Source of the DNA: Candidatus Methylomirabilota bacterium
GTDB lineage: Bacteria; Methylomirabilota; Methylomirabilia; Rokubacteriales; CSP1-6
NCBI GenBank assembly: GCA_036397135.1
Contig: DASWJN010000069.1
Coordinates: 1,500-65,499, forward strand
Direction: 5' to 3'
Length of the DNA stretch: 64,000 bases
Below the pieces are notes generated by a model. The model was not told the origin of the DNA. It saw only the letters and a list, made by a program, of their open reading frames with translations, and ran no database searches. Of this stretch, positions 1 through 8,291 are shown piece after piece; position 1 is the stretch's first letter; the number at the start of each line of letters is the position of its first letter. The position numbers were made by a program, and so were the translations under genes.

Positions 1-817
1 TGGCCTCGTCGACGCGAGCGGGATCGACCAGGGCGGCCTTCACCTCGCGATCGAGGTCGAGCGAGCGGACGAAGCCGCTCCACAGGTCGCTGACGTAGGG
101 CGCCGGCCGGTACTCCGCCAGGCGGCTGATCACGTGGGCGGCCTTGACCAGCGCATTGTCGGCGCCGTAGGGCATCGAGCCGTGGCCGGGCGTGCCCTTG
201 ACGCGCAGGCGGCGCCAGGCCACGCCCTTCTCGCCGACGTGCACGGTGACGCTCAGCTCGCTGCCGTGCGCGCTGACGGTGCCGCCGTTCTCGGTCAGCA
301 GGTAATCGGCCCGCAGCGCGTCCCAGTGCCGCTTGCACACGTGCCCGGCGCCCAGCGCGCCGCCGGCCTCCTCGTCGGCGCACGCCAGGTAGACGAGCGT
401 GCCCCGGGGCCGCCAGCCCTGGCGGGCCAGCGCCTTGAGCGCCACGGCCTGGGAGGCGGTGAGGTTCAGCATGTCGACCGCGCCGCGGCCCCAGACCTCG
501 CCGTTCACCAGCTCGCCCCCGAATGGGTCGCGGGTCCAGTGCTCGGGGGTGACGGGCACGACGTCGGTGTGGCCCATCAGGCACAGGGTCGGCGCGGCCG
601 GGTCGCTGCCCTCGATGCGGGCGACGAGACTGGTGCGGCCGGGAGCGCCGTCGGGCTGGAAGACCGCGAGGTCGAGCCCGCTGCCGTCCAGGTAGGCGCG
701 CAGCACGTCGGTGGTGCGCACCTCCTGGCCGGAGGCGACGGTGCCGTCGTTCACGCACCGGTTGCGGATGAGCTGCTGCAGCAGCTCCACGGTCTGGGCG
801 GTCAGTCCGTCGTTCAC
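1..817 (-). CDS. M20 family metallopeptidase (ArgE/DapE/CPG2-like), 5' part only; gene continues beyond window start
   Basis: Reverse-strand translation from GTG (RC of 815-817), preceded by GGAGGAA SD, gives VNDGLTAQTVELLQQLIRNRC...TLCLMGHTDVVPVTPEHW...GRGAVDMLNL, the canonical M20 H-x-D-V-V metal-binding motif. The ORF stays open to position 1. Confidence 0.8.
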   Translation of the reverse strand, partial: MNDGLTAQTVELLQQLIRNRCVNDGTVASGQEVRTTDVLRAYLDGSGLDLAVFQPDGAPGRTSLVARIEGSDPAAPTLCLMGHTDVVPVTPEHWTRDPFGGELVNGEVWGRGAVDMLNLTASQAVALKALARQGWRPRGTLVYLACADEEAGGALGAGHVCKRHWDALRADYLLTENGGTVSAHGSELSVTVHVGEKGVAWRRLRVKGTPGHGSMPYGADNALVKAAHVISRLAEYRPAPYVSDLWSGFVRSLDLDREVKAALVDPARVDEA

Positions 818-851
818 TCGCGGTTCCTCCGGACGTTGAGCCGCCGCCCGC

Positions 852-1256
852 TCACCACAGGGGCGTCTCGTTCTTGGTCGAGACGTGCGCACTCACCACT
901 TTCCAGCCGAGATCCGGAAAGCGCACCCACGTCTGGCTCTGGCGGCCGATCAGGTCGCGCCCGCGCACCGTGAACTCGAGGTTCACGGTGGCGAGGTCGC
1001 GGCCGAGCGTGAGGATCTCCAGGCGGATGCGTTTCTCCTTGATGCCCGCCCCGGGCGGCCGCGCCACCCGGTGGGCGTGGATCTCGCCGAACCCGTAGCC
1101 GTTCTCGTGCAGCGCGTAGCGGACGGTGTGCGGGCTGTCCCAGAACGTCGCGTCGAGCACCGCCACGTCCTTGTCCACCAGCGCCTGCTCGTACCGCTCG
1201 AACAGGGCGCGCACCTCCGCCACCACCGCGGGGATGTTGGGCGTCAGGTCGGTCAT
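852..1256 (-). CDS. NTF2-like / SnoaL-like small protein (AtzH/DUF3225-like), 134 aa
   Basis: ATG at 1254-1256 overlaps the amidase stop (ATGA). Protein MTDLTPNIPAVVAEVRALFERYEQAL...GRQSQTWVRFPDLGWKVVSAHVS. Same strand as, and immediately downstream of, the amidase, as in the atzE-atzH arrangement. Confidence 0.7.
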   Translation of the reverse strand: MTDLTPNIPAVVAEVRALFERYEQALVDKDVAVLDATFWDSPHTVRYALHENGYGFGEIHAHRVARPPGAGIKEKRIRLEILTLGRDLATVNLEFTVRGRDLIGRQSQTWVRFPDLGWKVVSAHVSTKNETPLW

Positions 1257-2419
1257 CGGCGAGCCTCCAGGGCGCCGGCGACCGCCACCAGCGTCGCGTC
1301 GCTGCCGCGCGCGCCGACGATGGACAGGCCCACCGGCAGCCCGTCCACCGTCGCGCCCGGCACGCTCACCTGCGGCACGCCGGTGAGGCCCCCGTGCGCG
1401 GTCAGGCAGCCGATGCGCGCGCGCAGCGGCTCGAGCGCCGCCAGCGAGAGCCCCGTGCGCGGCGCCGGGAACGGCGTCGTCGGCATGCACAGGATCGCCC
1501 CGGGCGGGACGAGCCAAGCCAGGCGGGCGCGCGCCTCCGCGCGCATCAGCGCGGCCCACTGCCGGTCGCTCTCGGGGATGGCGGCGGCGAGGGCCAGGCC
1601 CCGGGCGACGCTGAACTGCAGGCGCGGGTTGTCGCGATCGAGCCAGTCCTTGAACGTGAGCCACGCCTCGGAGGGCTGCAGCGTGCGCTGGGCGCGCGAC
1701 CACACGGACAGCCCGGGCGGCGCCAGGAGATCCTCGCGCACGTAGCCCACCAGCATGGACAGCGCGCGCACCATCGGCTGCAGCGCGGCGGCCGTCTCGG
1801 CGTCCGCCAGGCCGAAGGCGTCCACCGCCACCACGAGCGTGGCGGGCAGGGCGGCCGGGATCGGCTCGCCGAGCAGCACCTCGGAGACGCGCGCGAAGGT
1901 GGCGGCGTCGCGCGCGAACCAGCCGGTCGTGTCGGAGCTGGGCGCCTGCGGCATCATGCCGGCGAGGTCGAGCCGGCCGTGGGTGGGCCGGATGCCGTAG
2001 AGGCCGCAGAAGCTCGCGGGCACGCGCACCGAGCCGCCGGTGTCGGTGCCGAGCGCGGTGTCGCAGAGCCCCTGGGCGACGGCCGAGGCCGAGCCCGACG
2101 AGGAGCCGCCGGGCACCCGGTCGGGGGCGCGCGGGTTCGGCGGCGTGCCGTCGAACGGGTTCTCGCCGAGGATGCCGAGCGAGACCTCGTCGGTGATGGT
2201 CTTGCCGATCAGCGTCGCGCCGGCGTCGAGCAGGCGCTGCACCGCCCACGCATGACGCGTGGGGATCGGGTGCTGCCGCGCCCAGTCCGGGTTGCCGCCG
2301 CCCGTCGGCTGGCCGGCGACGTCGAAGAGATCCTTGGCGGCGAACGTCAGGCCGGCGAGAGGACCGGCCGGCGCGCCGGGGACGTGCACCGGCGGTCCAG
2401 GGACGAAGGGGCTGGTCAC
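1253..2419 (-). CDS. amidase signature (AS) family enzyme, 388 aa
   Basis: Contains GGSSSGSA and FAAKD (Ser-cisSer-Lys triad elements). ATGA overlap with the upstream VOC gene at 2416-2419 and with the downstream NTF2-like gene at 1253-1256. Confidence 0.85.
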   Translation of the reverse strand: MTSPFVPGPPVHVPGAPAGPLAGLTFAAKDLFDVAGQPTGGGNPDWARQHPIPTRHAWAVQRLLDAGATLIGKTITDEVSLGILGENPFDGTPPNPRAPDRVPGGSSSGSASAVAQGLCDTALGTDTGGSVRVPASFCGLYGIRPTHGRLDLAGMMPQAPSSDTTGWFARDAATFARVSEVLLGEPIPAALPATLVVAVDAFGLADAETAAALQPMVRALSMLVGYVREDLLAPPGLSVWSRAQRTLQPSEAWLTFKDWLDRDNPRLQFSVARGLALAAAIPESDRQWAALMRAEARARLAWLVPPGAILCMPTTPFPAPRTGLSLAALEPLRARIGCLTAHGGLTGVPQVSVPGATVDGLPVGLSIVGARGSDATLVAVAGALEARR

Positions 2420-3378
2420 GCCGGGATCTCGACCAGCTCAACCGCCTCGCGGCTCGGGCCCTCGATCATCACCGCGCGTGTGTCGCCCAGCCGGTAGGGC
2501 GGCTCGAGGAACGTGACGCCCTCGCGGCGCAGCTTGGCCACCCAGGCGTCGAGGTCGGTGACGCTGAGCGCGATGTGATCGCAGAGGTGCCCGCGCGTGC
2601 TCGCGAGCGCGCGGTCGTCCTGGCGCATGTACCAGGGCAGCGCCACGTCACCGAAGACCACCGCGGCCGACGGCACACGGAACATCCCCTCCCGGTCGAG
2701 CGCCGGCCAGCTCGGCTCGGGCCCGCGCGGCACCGTGCAGGTGACCTCGGTCAGCGGCGTGGGGCTGGTGCGCCCGGCGAAGACCGGCGCGTCGAGGTGC
2801 TTCTGATACCAGAGCTGCGCGCAGAAGGGGTCGTCCTGGTACAGGTGCACGTGGTTGAAGCGCTCGGCCGGGTGGTTGCCCGCGTACTCCACGAGGGCGC
2901 CGTCCGGACCGCGCATGTAGCCGAAGCCGCCGGCGCGCGTGGGCCGGATGCCGCCGGCCCTGGCCTCGGCGATCTGCGCCTTCGTCCGGCCCGGGACGCC
3001 GCCGGTGCCGGGCCAGGAGTCGCTGCTGATCCACACGGAGCCGCCCTCGTCCGTCGTGTAGAGCGGCAGGAGCGCGACGTCCGGCCTGCTCGTGTAGGTC
3101 TCGAGACTCGCGCGCGTGTCGGCGACGTGCCAGCCGAAGTGCCAGATCGCGGTCGGCGGCGACGTCGCGGGTGGCGTGGCGACGCGGGTGAAGAGAACGA
3201 GGACGTCGGTCGGCGCCGCGAGCGCCGGCAGGCCGCCCCAGCTCGTCTTCGCGGACCTGGGAAACTGCCGGACGTAGAAGTCGATCGCGGCATCGGGGTC
3301 GACCGAGTTCAGGTGGAGGTGATGGAAGCCCGGTGTCGGGAGCATGTCGGGATGCGCGGAGTATACTCTGCCCGCCAT
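2416..3378 (-). CDS. VOC (glyoxalase/bleomycin-resistance/dioxygenase) family protein, two-domain
   Basis: ORF 2416..3441 with HHLHLNSVDPDAAIDFY and a second DHIALSVTDLDAWVAKLRREGV module. Start uncertain: MAGRV at 3378, or 3345, or 3441. The stop overlaps the amidase ATG. Confidence 0.7.
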   Translation of the reverse strand: MAGRVYSAHPDMLPTPGFHHLHLNSVDPDAAIDFYVRQFPRSAKTSWGGLPALAAPTDVLVLFTRVATPPATSPPTAIWHFGWHVADTRASLETYTSRPDVALLPLYTTDEGGSVWISSDSWPGTGGVPGRTKAQIAEARAGGIRPTRAGGFGYMRGPDGALVEYAGNHPAERFNHVHLYQDDPFCAQLWYQKHLDAPVFAGRTSPTPLTEVTCTVPRGPEPSWPALDREGMFRVPSAAVVFGDVALPWYMRQDDRALASTRGHLCDHIALSVTDLDAWVAKLRREGVTFLEPPYRLGDTRAVMIEGPSREAVELVEIPA

Positions 3379-4606
3379 CGTGAGTGACGCCGGCCTCCGG
3401 CAGCGTCCGTGGCGGGCGGTCGCGGCAGCCACCGCGCTCAACCTGCCGCTCGGCTCGCTCTACGCGTTCAGCGTGTTCCTGAAACCGCTCGAGACCCTGC
3501 TGGCGCTGAGCCGCGCCGACCTCGCGCTCGTCTTTGCCCTCGCCGCCGCCGGGTTCGGCGCCGGCATGAACCTCGCGCCCCACGTCTACGGCCTCGCGTC
3601 CACCCCGGCGCTGCTGCTGGGCTGCGCGGTCGCGAGCAGCCTGGGCATCGCGCTCGCCGCCACGGCGGGCGGCCTGGTTCAGCTCGCGCTCGGCTACGGC
3701 GTGCTCTTCGGCGTCGGCGGCGGCGCGGCCTACATCCTCGTGCAGCAGGCCGTGAACCTGGCGGTGACGCGCCGCCACGGCCTGGTGAACGGCTACGTCG
3801 TGGCGCTGTACCCGGCCGGCGCCATGATCGCCGCGCCCCTGTTCGGGTGGGCCGTCCGCGAGCTGGGCGTCCGCGTGACGCTCGGCGGACTCGCGACCGC
3901 GCTGGCCGTCACCGGCGCGACGAGCGCGTGGCTGATCGCGCAGTCGGGCGTCACGCTGGCGGCGGCCGGCGCGGCCGCGGTGCCGGACGCTCGAGAGCGA
4001 CGCCGGACGGTGTTCTGGCGGCTGTGGCTCGTCTTCTTCCTGGCGGCGTCCGCCGGGCTGATGGTGCTCAGCCAGGCTGCCGGCATCATCACGGCCTACG
4101 GCGGCGCGACCGCGCTGGCGGTCTATGGCACGACGTTCATCGCCGGCACGATCGCCGCCGCCCGGCTGGCGGGCGGCTGGATGGTCGACTGGCTGAGCAT
4201 TCCCACGCTGGCTGCCGGCGCCCACGCCGTCGCGCTCGCGGGCAACGTGGCGCTGACGCTGTGGCCGGGCCCCGGCGTGTCCGTGCTCGCGCTGGCGCTG
4301 GTGGGACTGGGCTACGGGTTGATCTCCGGCGTCACGGCGGCGGCGGTGGCCGTCTACTGGCGGCGGGCGCTGTACGGGCGCATGGCCAGCCGGATCTACC
4401 TGGCGTGGTGCGCCGCCGCCGTCGTCCTGCCGATCGCCGCCGGCCGCCTGTTCGACCTGACCCAGGGCTATGCCACGGCAGTCCTGATCGCCGCCGGGGG
4501 CAACGTCCTGGGCGTCCTCGTGGCGCTGGGGCTGCCCCGCGAGCGCGCGGCTCGAACCCAGGCCGAGCCCCGGTCGGGCCAGGCGGCGTCGCCGGCCGCC
4601 CGCTGA
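3344..4606 (+). CDS. MFS transporter (oxalate/formate antiporter-like)
   Basis: 12-TM hydrophobic profile. ATG 3344 overlaps the divergent VOC start region; an alternative GTG at 3380 is possible. Confidence 0.75.
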   Translation: MSGCAEYTLPAIVSDAGLRQRPWRAVAAATALNLPLGSLYAFSVFLKPLETLLALSRADLALVFALAAAGFGAGMNLAPHVYGLASTPALLLGCAVASSLGIALAATAGGLVQLALGYGVLFGVGGGAAYILVQQAVNLAVTRRHGLVNGYVVALYPAGAMIAAPLFGWAVRELGVRVTLGGLATALAVTGATSAWLIAQSGVTLAAAGAAAVPDARERRRTVFWRLWLVFFLAASAGLMVLSQAAGIITAYGGATALAVYGTTFIAGTIAAARLAGGWMVDWLSIPTLAAGAHAVALAGNVALTLWPGPGVSVLALALVGLGYGLISGVTAAAVAVYWRRALYGRMASRIYLAWCAAAVVLPIAAGRLFDLTQGYATAVLIAAGGNVLGVLVALGLPRERAARTQAEPRSGQAASPAAR

Positions 4607-4611
4607 CCTTC

Positions 4612-4863
4612 CTAGCGCGGACTATTCGGGAACGCCATGGTGCGCCTCGCGCGGGCCCTGGGGAGTGGGTGCGTGGGTTCCGGGGGCCGCCGGCGTTCCG
4701 TTGGCCTCGATGGTCTAACCGTCTCGCGCGCCGAACTCACCAAACCTCAGCAGGCGCAGCGGCCGGAATTGCGCGGAACGGCTGGCGGCTCCCGGAACCC
4801 ACGCACCCACCCCCAGGGCCGGCCCGGCGGTGTGTGTCGCCGTTCGTGAATAGTCCGCGCTAG
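4612..4863. repeat. ~250-bp imperfect palindromic intergenic element (MITE/REP-like hairpin) between convergent genes
   Basis: Terminal inverted repeats CTAGCGCGGACTATTC (4612-4627) and GAATAGTCCGCGCTAG (4848-4863). Inner inverted repeat CCCTGGGGAGTGGGTGCGTGGGTTCCGGGGGCCGCC versus GGCGGCTCCCGGAACCCACGCACCCACCCCCAGGG. The right terminus CTAG contains the TAG stop of the DsbA-like gene. Confidence 0.7.
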
Positions 4864-5486
4864 CCCTCGGCCTCGCTCGGCGACGCGGCTCTCTTCACGA
4901 GCTGCTCCAGCACCTCGTACGGCTGCGCGCCGACGACGCCGTGGCGGCCGGCGACGAACGTCGGCACGCCGGTCACGCCGATACGGCGCGAGATCTCCCA
5001 GTCCGCATCGATGGCAGCCTTGAACGTCCGCTGCTCCAGCACCTCGCGCGCGCCGTCCACCGACAGGCCCAGGCGCTCGACGACGTCCAGGAGGACGGCG
5101 GGCTGGGAGATGTCGCGCGCCTCCACGAAGTAGGCGCGGAACAGCGCATCGTGGAGGGCCTCGCCGCCCGGCTGCGTGTCGGCCCACTTGCCCAGCTCCT
5201 GGGCCAGGCGACTGTTGTAGGTCATCGTCCGATCGCCGTAGGGCAGGCCCTCGGCGTCCATGCGCGCCTTCATCTGGGCGTGCATGGCCTTGGGGTCCAC
5301 GTTGCGCCCCGCGAACAGGTCGGCCAGCGAGCGGCCTTCCGCCGGGGTGTCCGGGTGCAGGGGGAAGTGCACCCACTCGACCTTCACGTCGTGCTCGGCC
5401 CGGAGCTTCTCAATACGCACGGTACTGAGGTAGCACCAGGGTCAGACGTAGTCGGAGAAGACCTTCAGCGTCACCGGCCGGGTCAT
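4860..5486 (-). CDS. DsbA/FrnE-like thiol-disulfide oxidoreductase with in-frame TGA at the first Cys of the CxxC motif (selenoprotein candidate, or pseudogene)
   Basis: ATG (RC of 5484-5486) preceded by AGGAGG 5 nt upstream. Translation is MTRPVTLKVFSDYV-[TGA at 5442-5444]-PWCYLSTVRIEKLRAEHD..., matching the DsbA/FrnE N-terminal consensus ...SD..CPWCYiG. The remainder (GTG 5420 onward) is the 186-aa DsbA-family ORF in the track. Confidence 0.6.
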
Positions 5487-5596
5487 CACGCCTCCTGTCG
5501 TTGTATCCAGGTCGCAACCTCTTTGGAGAACGCCTCGAGGTCGGCCACGCCGGCCGTCGTTGCCTTCCGTCGTCGCGTGGCAGGCACGAGGGCGAG

Positions 5597-6172
5597 CTAT
5601 GGCAGCAGCTCGGCGACCGTGAGCCTCACGGACGGCAGGGCCAGCGGCGCGACCGTGCTCGCCGGCGCCAGCCTCTGCGCCGATCGGTATCGCCAGCCGT
5701 AGGGCGCGGTCGGATCCGGGCCCGGATCGCGGTAGACCTCGAGCACCCGATCGACCAGGTTGACGATCCAGTAGTCCTGCGCTCGGGCGCGGGCGTAGAG
5801 GCTGCCCTTGTGCTCCCGGTCGAAGGCAAGACTCGAGTCGGCCACCTCGACGATCAGCGCGGGAAGCGCGGGGTGAGCGTCGCGGTAGTCGGCCCGCGTT
5901 CCGCGAACCACGGCCAGGTCGGGCTCGGGCGCCGACTCGTCGTCGAGCGCCAGGGGCGCCTGCGACCGCACGATCCAGCCCGGCGGCAACGCGGCCCTGA
6001 GCCGGTCGTCGATCATGCCGACCGCGGTGACGTGATAGCTTCCCGGCGGCTCCGCGACGACGAGCTGCCCGCCGATGAGCTCGACGGGGTCGCCGCGGAA
6101 CACGTCGAGATCGACGAGCCGCTCGTACTCGGCGCGCTTCCAGCGCCGGAGTGTCAGCGGCGCCTGGGCCAT
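5597..6172 (-). CDS. Uma2 family endonuclease (DUF820, restriction-endonuclease-like fold)
   Basis: MAQAPLTLRRWKRAEYERLVDLDVF...ELIGGQLVVAEP...ALIVEVADSS is the typical Uma2 architecture. Confidence 0.65.
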   Translation of the reverse strand: MAQAPLTLRRWKRAEYERLVDLDVFRGDPVELIGGQLVVAEPPGSYHVTAVGMIDDRLRAALPPGWIVRSQAPLALDDESAPEPDLAVVRGTRADYRDAHPALPALIVEVADSSLAFDREHKGSLYARARAQDYWIVNLVDRVLEVYRDPGPDPTAPYGWRYRSAQRLAPASTVAPLALPSVRLTVAELLP

Positions 6173-6227
6173 GGTCGCCAGCCTAGAGGGCCCGACCGCC
6201 GCCGTCAATGTCGATGGATGCGGACGG

Positions 6228-7196
6228 TCAGGGCACCTTCACCAGCTTCTGGAGGCTGCGCAGCCCCGGGGGCGGTGGCGGCTGGCCCCTGTACCGGTTG
6301 CCCCAGTTGGTGTACGAGACCTCGCCGACGTAGATGTCGCCGCGCGAGTCGACGGCCAGGCCGTGCGGGGAGATGAACTGGCCCGGTTCCAGGCCGGCCG
6401 GGCGCCGGCCCAGCCGCGCCAGCAGCTCGCCCTTCTCGCCGTAGATGCTCACCCGCGGGCCGATGTTGGGCATGTCGAAGTTGACGCCGAGGCCGCCGCC
6501 GATCTCGCCGACGTAGAAGCGCGGGGAGGCGCCGCGCTCCAGGAACAGCCCGGACGGGCGGTGCATGTTCACCCACTGCGTCTCGAACCGCCCGGTGCCG
6601 TCGAACACCTGGATGCGGTGGTTCTCGCGGTCGGCCACGTAGACCCAGCCGTCGAGGTCGCAGCAGATATTGTGCGGGATGTTGAACTGGCCGGGATCGG
6701 TGCCCGGCTCGCCCCACGAGGAGAGCCGGGTGCCGTCCGGCGCGAACCTGTGCACGCGCGCGTTGCCGTAGCCGTCGGCGACGTAGAGGTCGCCCTGCGG
6801 CGAGAGCGCCGTGTGCGTGCAGCGGTGGAACGGCTCGCCGCTCATGTACGGCTGCGGCGCGCCGGGGATGCCGAGCGTCAGCAGCACCTTGCCGTCGAGC
6901 GTGCAGTGGCGGACGGTGTGGTCCCCGTCGTCGGTCAGCCACAGCGTGTCGTCGGGCGCCATGTGCACACCGTGCGCCCGGCGGAACACCCCTTCGCCCC
7001 ACGAGCGCCGGAAGTTGCCGTCGCGGTCGAGGACGACCATCGGGTGCGCGCCGCGGTTGAACGCGTAGACGCGGTCCTGCGCGTCCACCCCGACCGCGGC
7101 GACGTCGGCGTTGAACTCGCGCCCGGGCGGCAGCTTCGCCCAGTTGTCCACGACCTCGTAGCGATAGGCGCCCGTGCCCAGGATGACCGGCGTCAC
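6228..7196 (-). CDS. NHL-repeat beta-propeller protein (peptidylglycine amidating lyase-like)
   Basis: GTG (RC 7194-7196) after a GGGAGG SD. Repeated YVADxxNxRIQVFD-type NHL motifs (DLYVADGYGNARVHRF, VYVADRENHRIQVFD, IYVGEV). GTGA overlap with the PTE stop. Confidence 0.75.
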   Translation of the reverse strand: MTPVILGTGAYRYEVVDNWAKLPPGREFNADVAAVGVDAQDRVYAFNRGAHPMVVLDRDGNFRRSWGEGVFRRAHGVHMAPDDTLWLTDDGDHTVRHCTLDGKVLLTLGIPGAPQPYMSGEPFHRCTHTALSPQGDLYVADGYGNARVHRFAPDGTRLSSWGEPGTDPGQFNIPHNICCDLDGWVYVADRENHRIQVFDGTGRFETQWVNMHRPSGLFLERGASPRFYVGEIGGGLGVNFDMPNIGPRVSIYGEKGELLARLGRRPAGLEPGQFISPHGLAVDSRGDIYVGEVSYTNWGNRYRGQPPPPPGLRSLQKLVKVP

Positions 7197-8146
7197 GCGT
7201 CGCCTCCCTTCCGCGCCTCGAAGATCGCGCGCGGGTTGCGCACGAGCATCTGCTCGATCTGGTCCTCGCTCACGCCCGCCTTGCGGAGGGCGGGGAGGAT
7301 GTCGTCGGGGATGTGGTTGTAGTGCCAGAGCGGGCGCGTCCGGCGCTTGTCGTCCTCGGAGAGCATGTCGGTCCAGCAGTTGGCGTCGTGCGAGAGGACC
7401 ATCCGGCCCGCGTAGCCCTCGGCGCAGAGCCGGGCGAGCACCTCCACCCGCTTCGCCGTCGGCAGGAAGTTCTCGAGGCCGAAGCGGTCCATCCCGATCG
7501 TGCTGCCCCGCTCCATCAGGCCGCGCAGGTAGCCCAGGTCCTTGCTGTCGCCGCTGTGGCCGATGATCACGCGGCCGAGGTCCACTCCCTCCTGCGCGAA
7601 GATCGCCTGCTGCATCTCGCCGGTCCGGCCCGCGGCCCAGGTGTGGGTCGAGATCGGCACCCCGGTCGCCCGCTGGGCCCGCGCGGCCGCGCGCAGGATG
7701 TTGTCGATCACCGGCGTCACGCCGGCGGTGTCGGTGGCGCACTTGATGATGGCCGCCTTGACGCCGCTCGTCCCGATGCCCTGGGTGATGTCGCGGATGA
7801 ACAGGTCGGCCACCGCGTCCACGCCGTGGGCGCTGAAGTACCGCTGGGGCATCCACCAGACGCCGGTGGCCACGACGATGTGGACGCGCGAGCGCCGGGC
7901 CACGCCGGCGATGAGGTCGATGTCGCGCCCGAGATCGACGGTGGTCAGGTCCACGATCGTCCGGATGCCCCGGCCGTGGAGGTCGGCCAGCTTGCGCTCG
8001 GCGAGGTCGAGGATGGCCGCCCGGTCCCAGAGATGGGGCCAGTTCTCCTGCACCCCCGGCGAGCGCGTGACGACGTGCTCGTGCATCAGTGTCGGCCCCA
8101 GCTCGGCCGTGGCCACCGGCCCGCGCGCTGTCTCCACCGTGGTCAT
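7193..8146 (-). CDS. phosphotriesterase-like protein (PTE/PLL amidohydrolase-superfamily lactonase family)
   Basis: MTTVETARGPVATAELGPTLMHEHVV... carries the His-x-His metal motif and a TIM-barrel PTE family signature. GGAGGAGG SD upstream. Confidence 0.85.
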   Translation of the reverse strand: MTTVETARGPVATAELGPTLMHEHVVTRSPGVQENWPHLWDRAAILDLAERKLADLHGRGIRTIVDLTTVDLGRDIDLIAGVARRSRVHIVVATGVWWMPQRYFSAHGVDAVADLFIRDITQGIGTSGVKAAIIKCATDTAGVTPVIDNILRAAARAQRATGVPISTHTWAAGRTGEMQQAIFAQEGVDLGRVIIGHSGDSKDLGYLRGLMERGSTIGMDRFGLENFLPTAKRVEVLARLCAEGYAGRMVLSHDANCWTDMLSEDDKRRTRPLWHYNHIPDDILPALRKAGVSEDQIEQMLVRNPRAIFEARKGGDA

Positions 8147-8291
8147 GCGGCCTCCTCCGGATCCGAGAGTGTCCCCGCCTGCGACCGGCGTAGGGTAGCA
8201 CTCACGCCGGCCCGAGCGGCGATCGGGTTACTATCGCGCCGGGACTCGTGAGCCACTGACCCTGCCACCCCCACAGGAGCCATCGTCCGAC

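Noticed and set aside
134-973. 279-aa plus-strand ORF (MGGLDQRIVGAVGH...)
   Set aside because: It is antisense to the well-supported M20 peptidase gene and has an Arg/Ala/Gly-rich composition typical of a spurious high-GC ORF.
4637-4849. 70-aa ORF MVRLARALGSGCVGSGG... inside the 250-bp palindromic element
   Set aside because: It lies entirely within the hairpin repeat, and its composition reflects the palindrome. No RBS is present.
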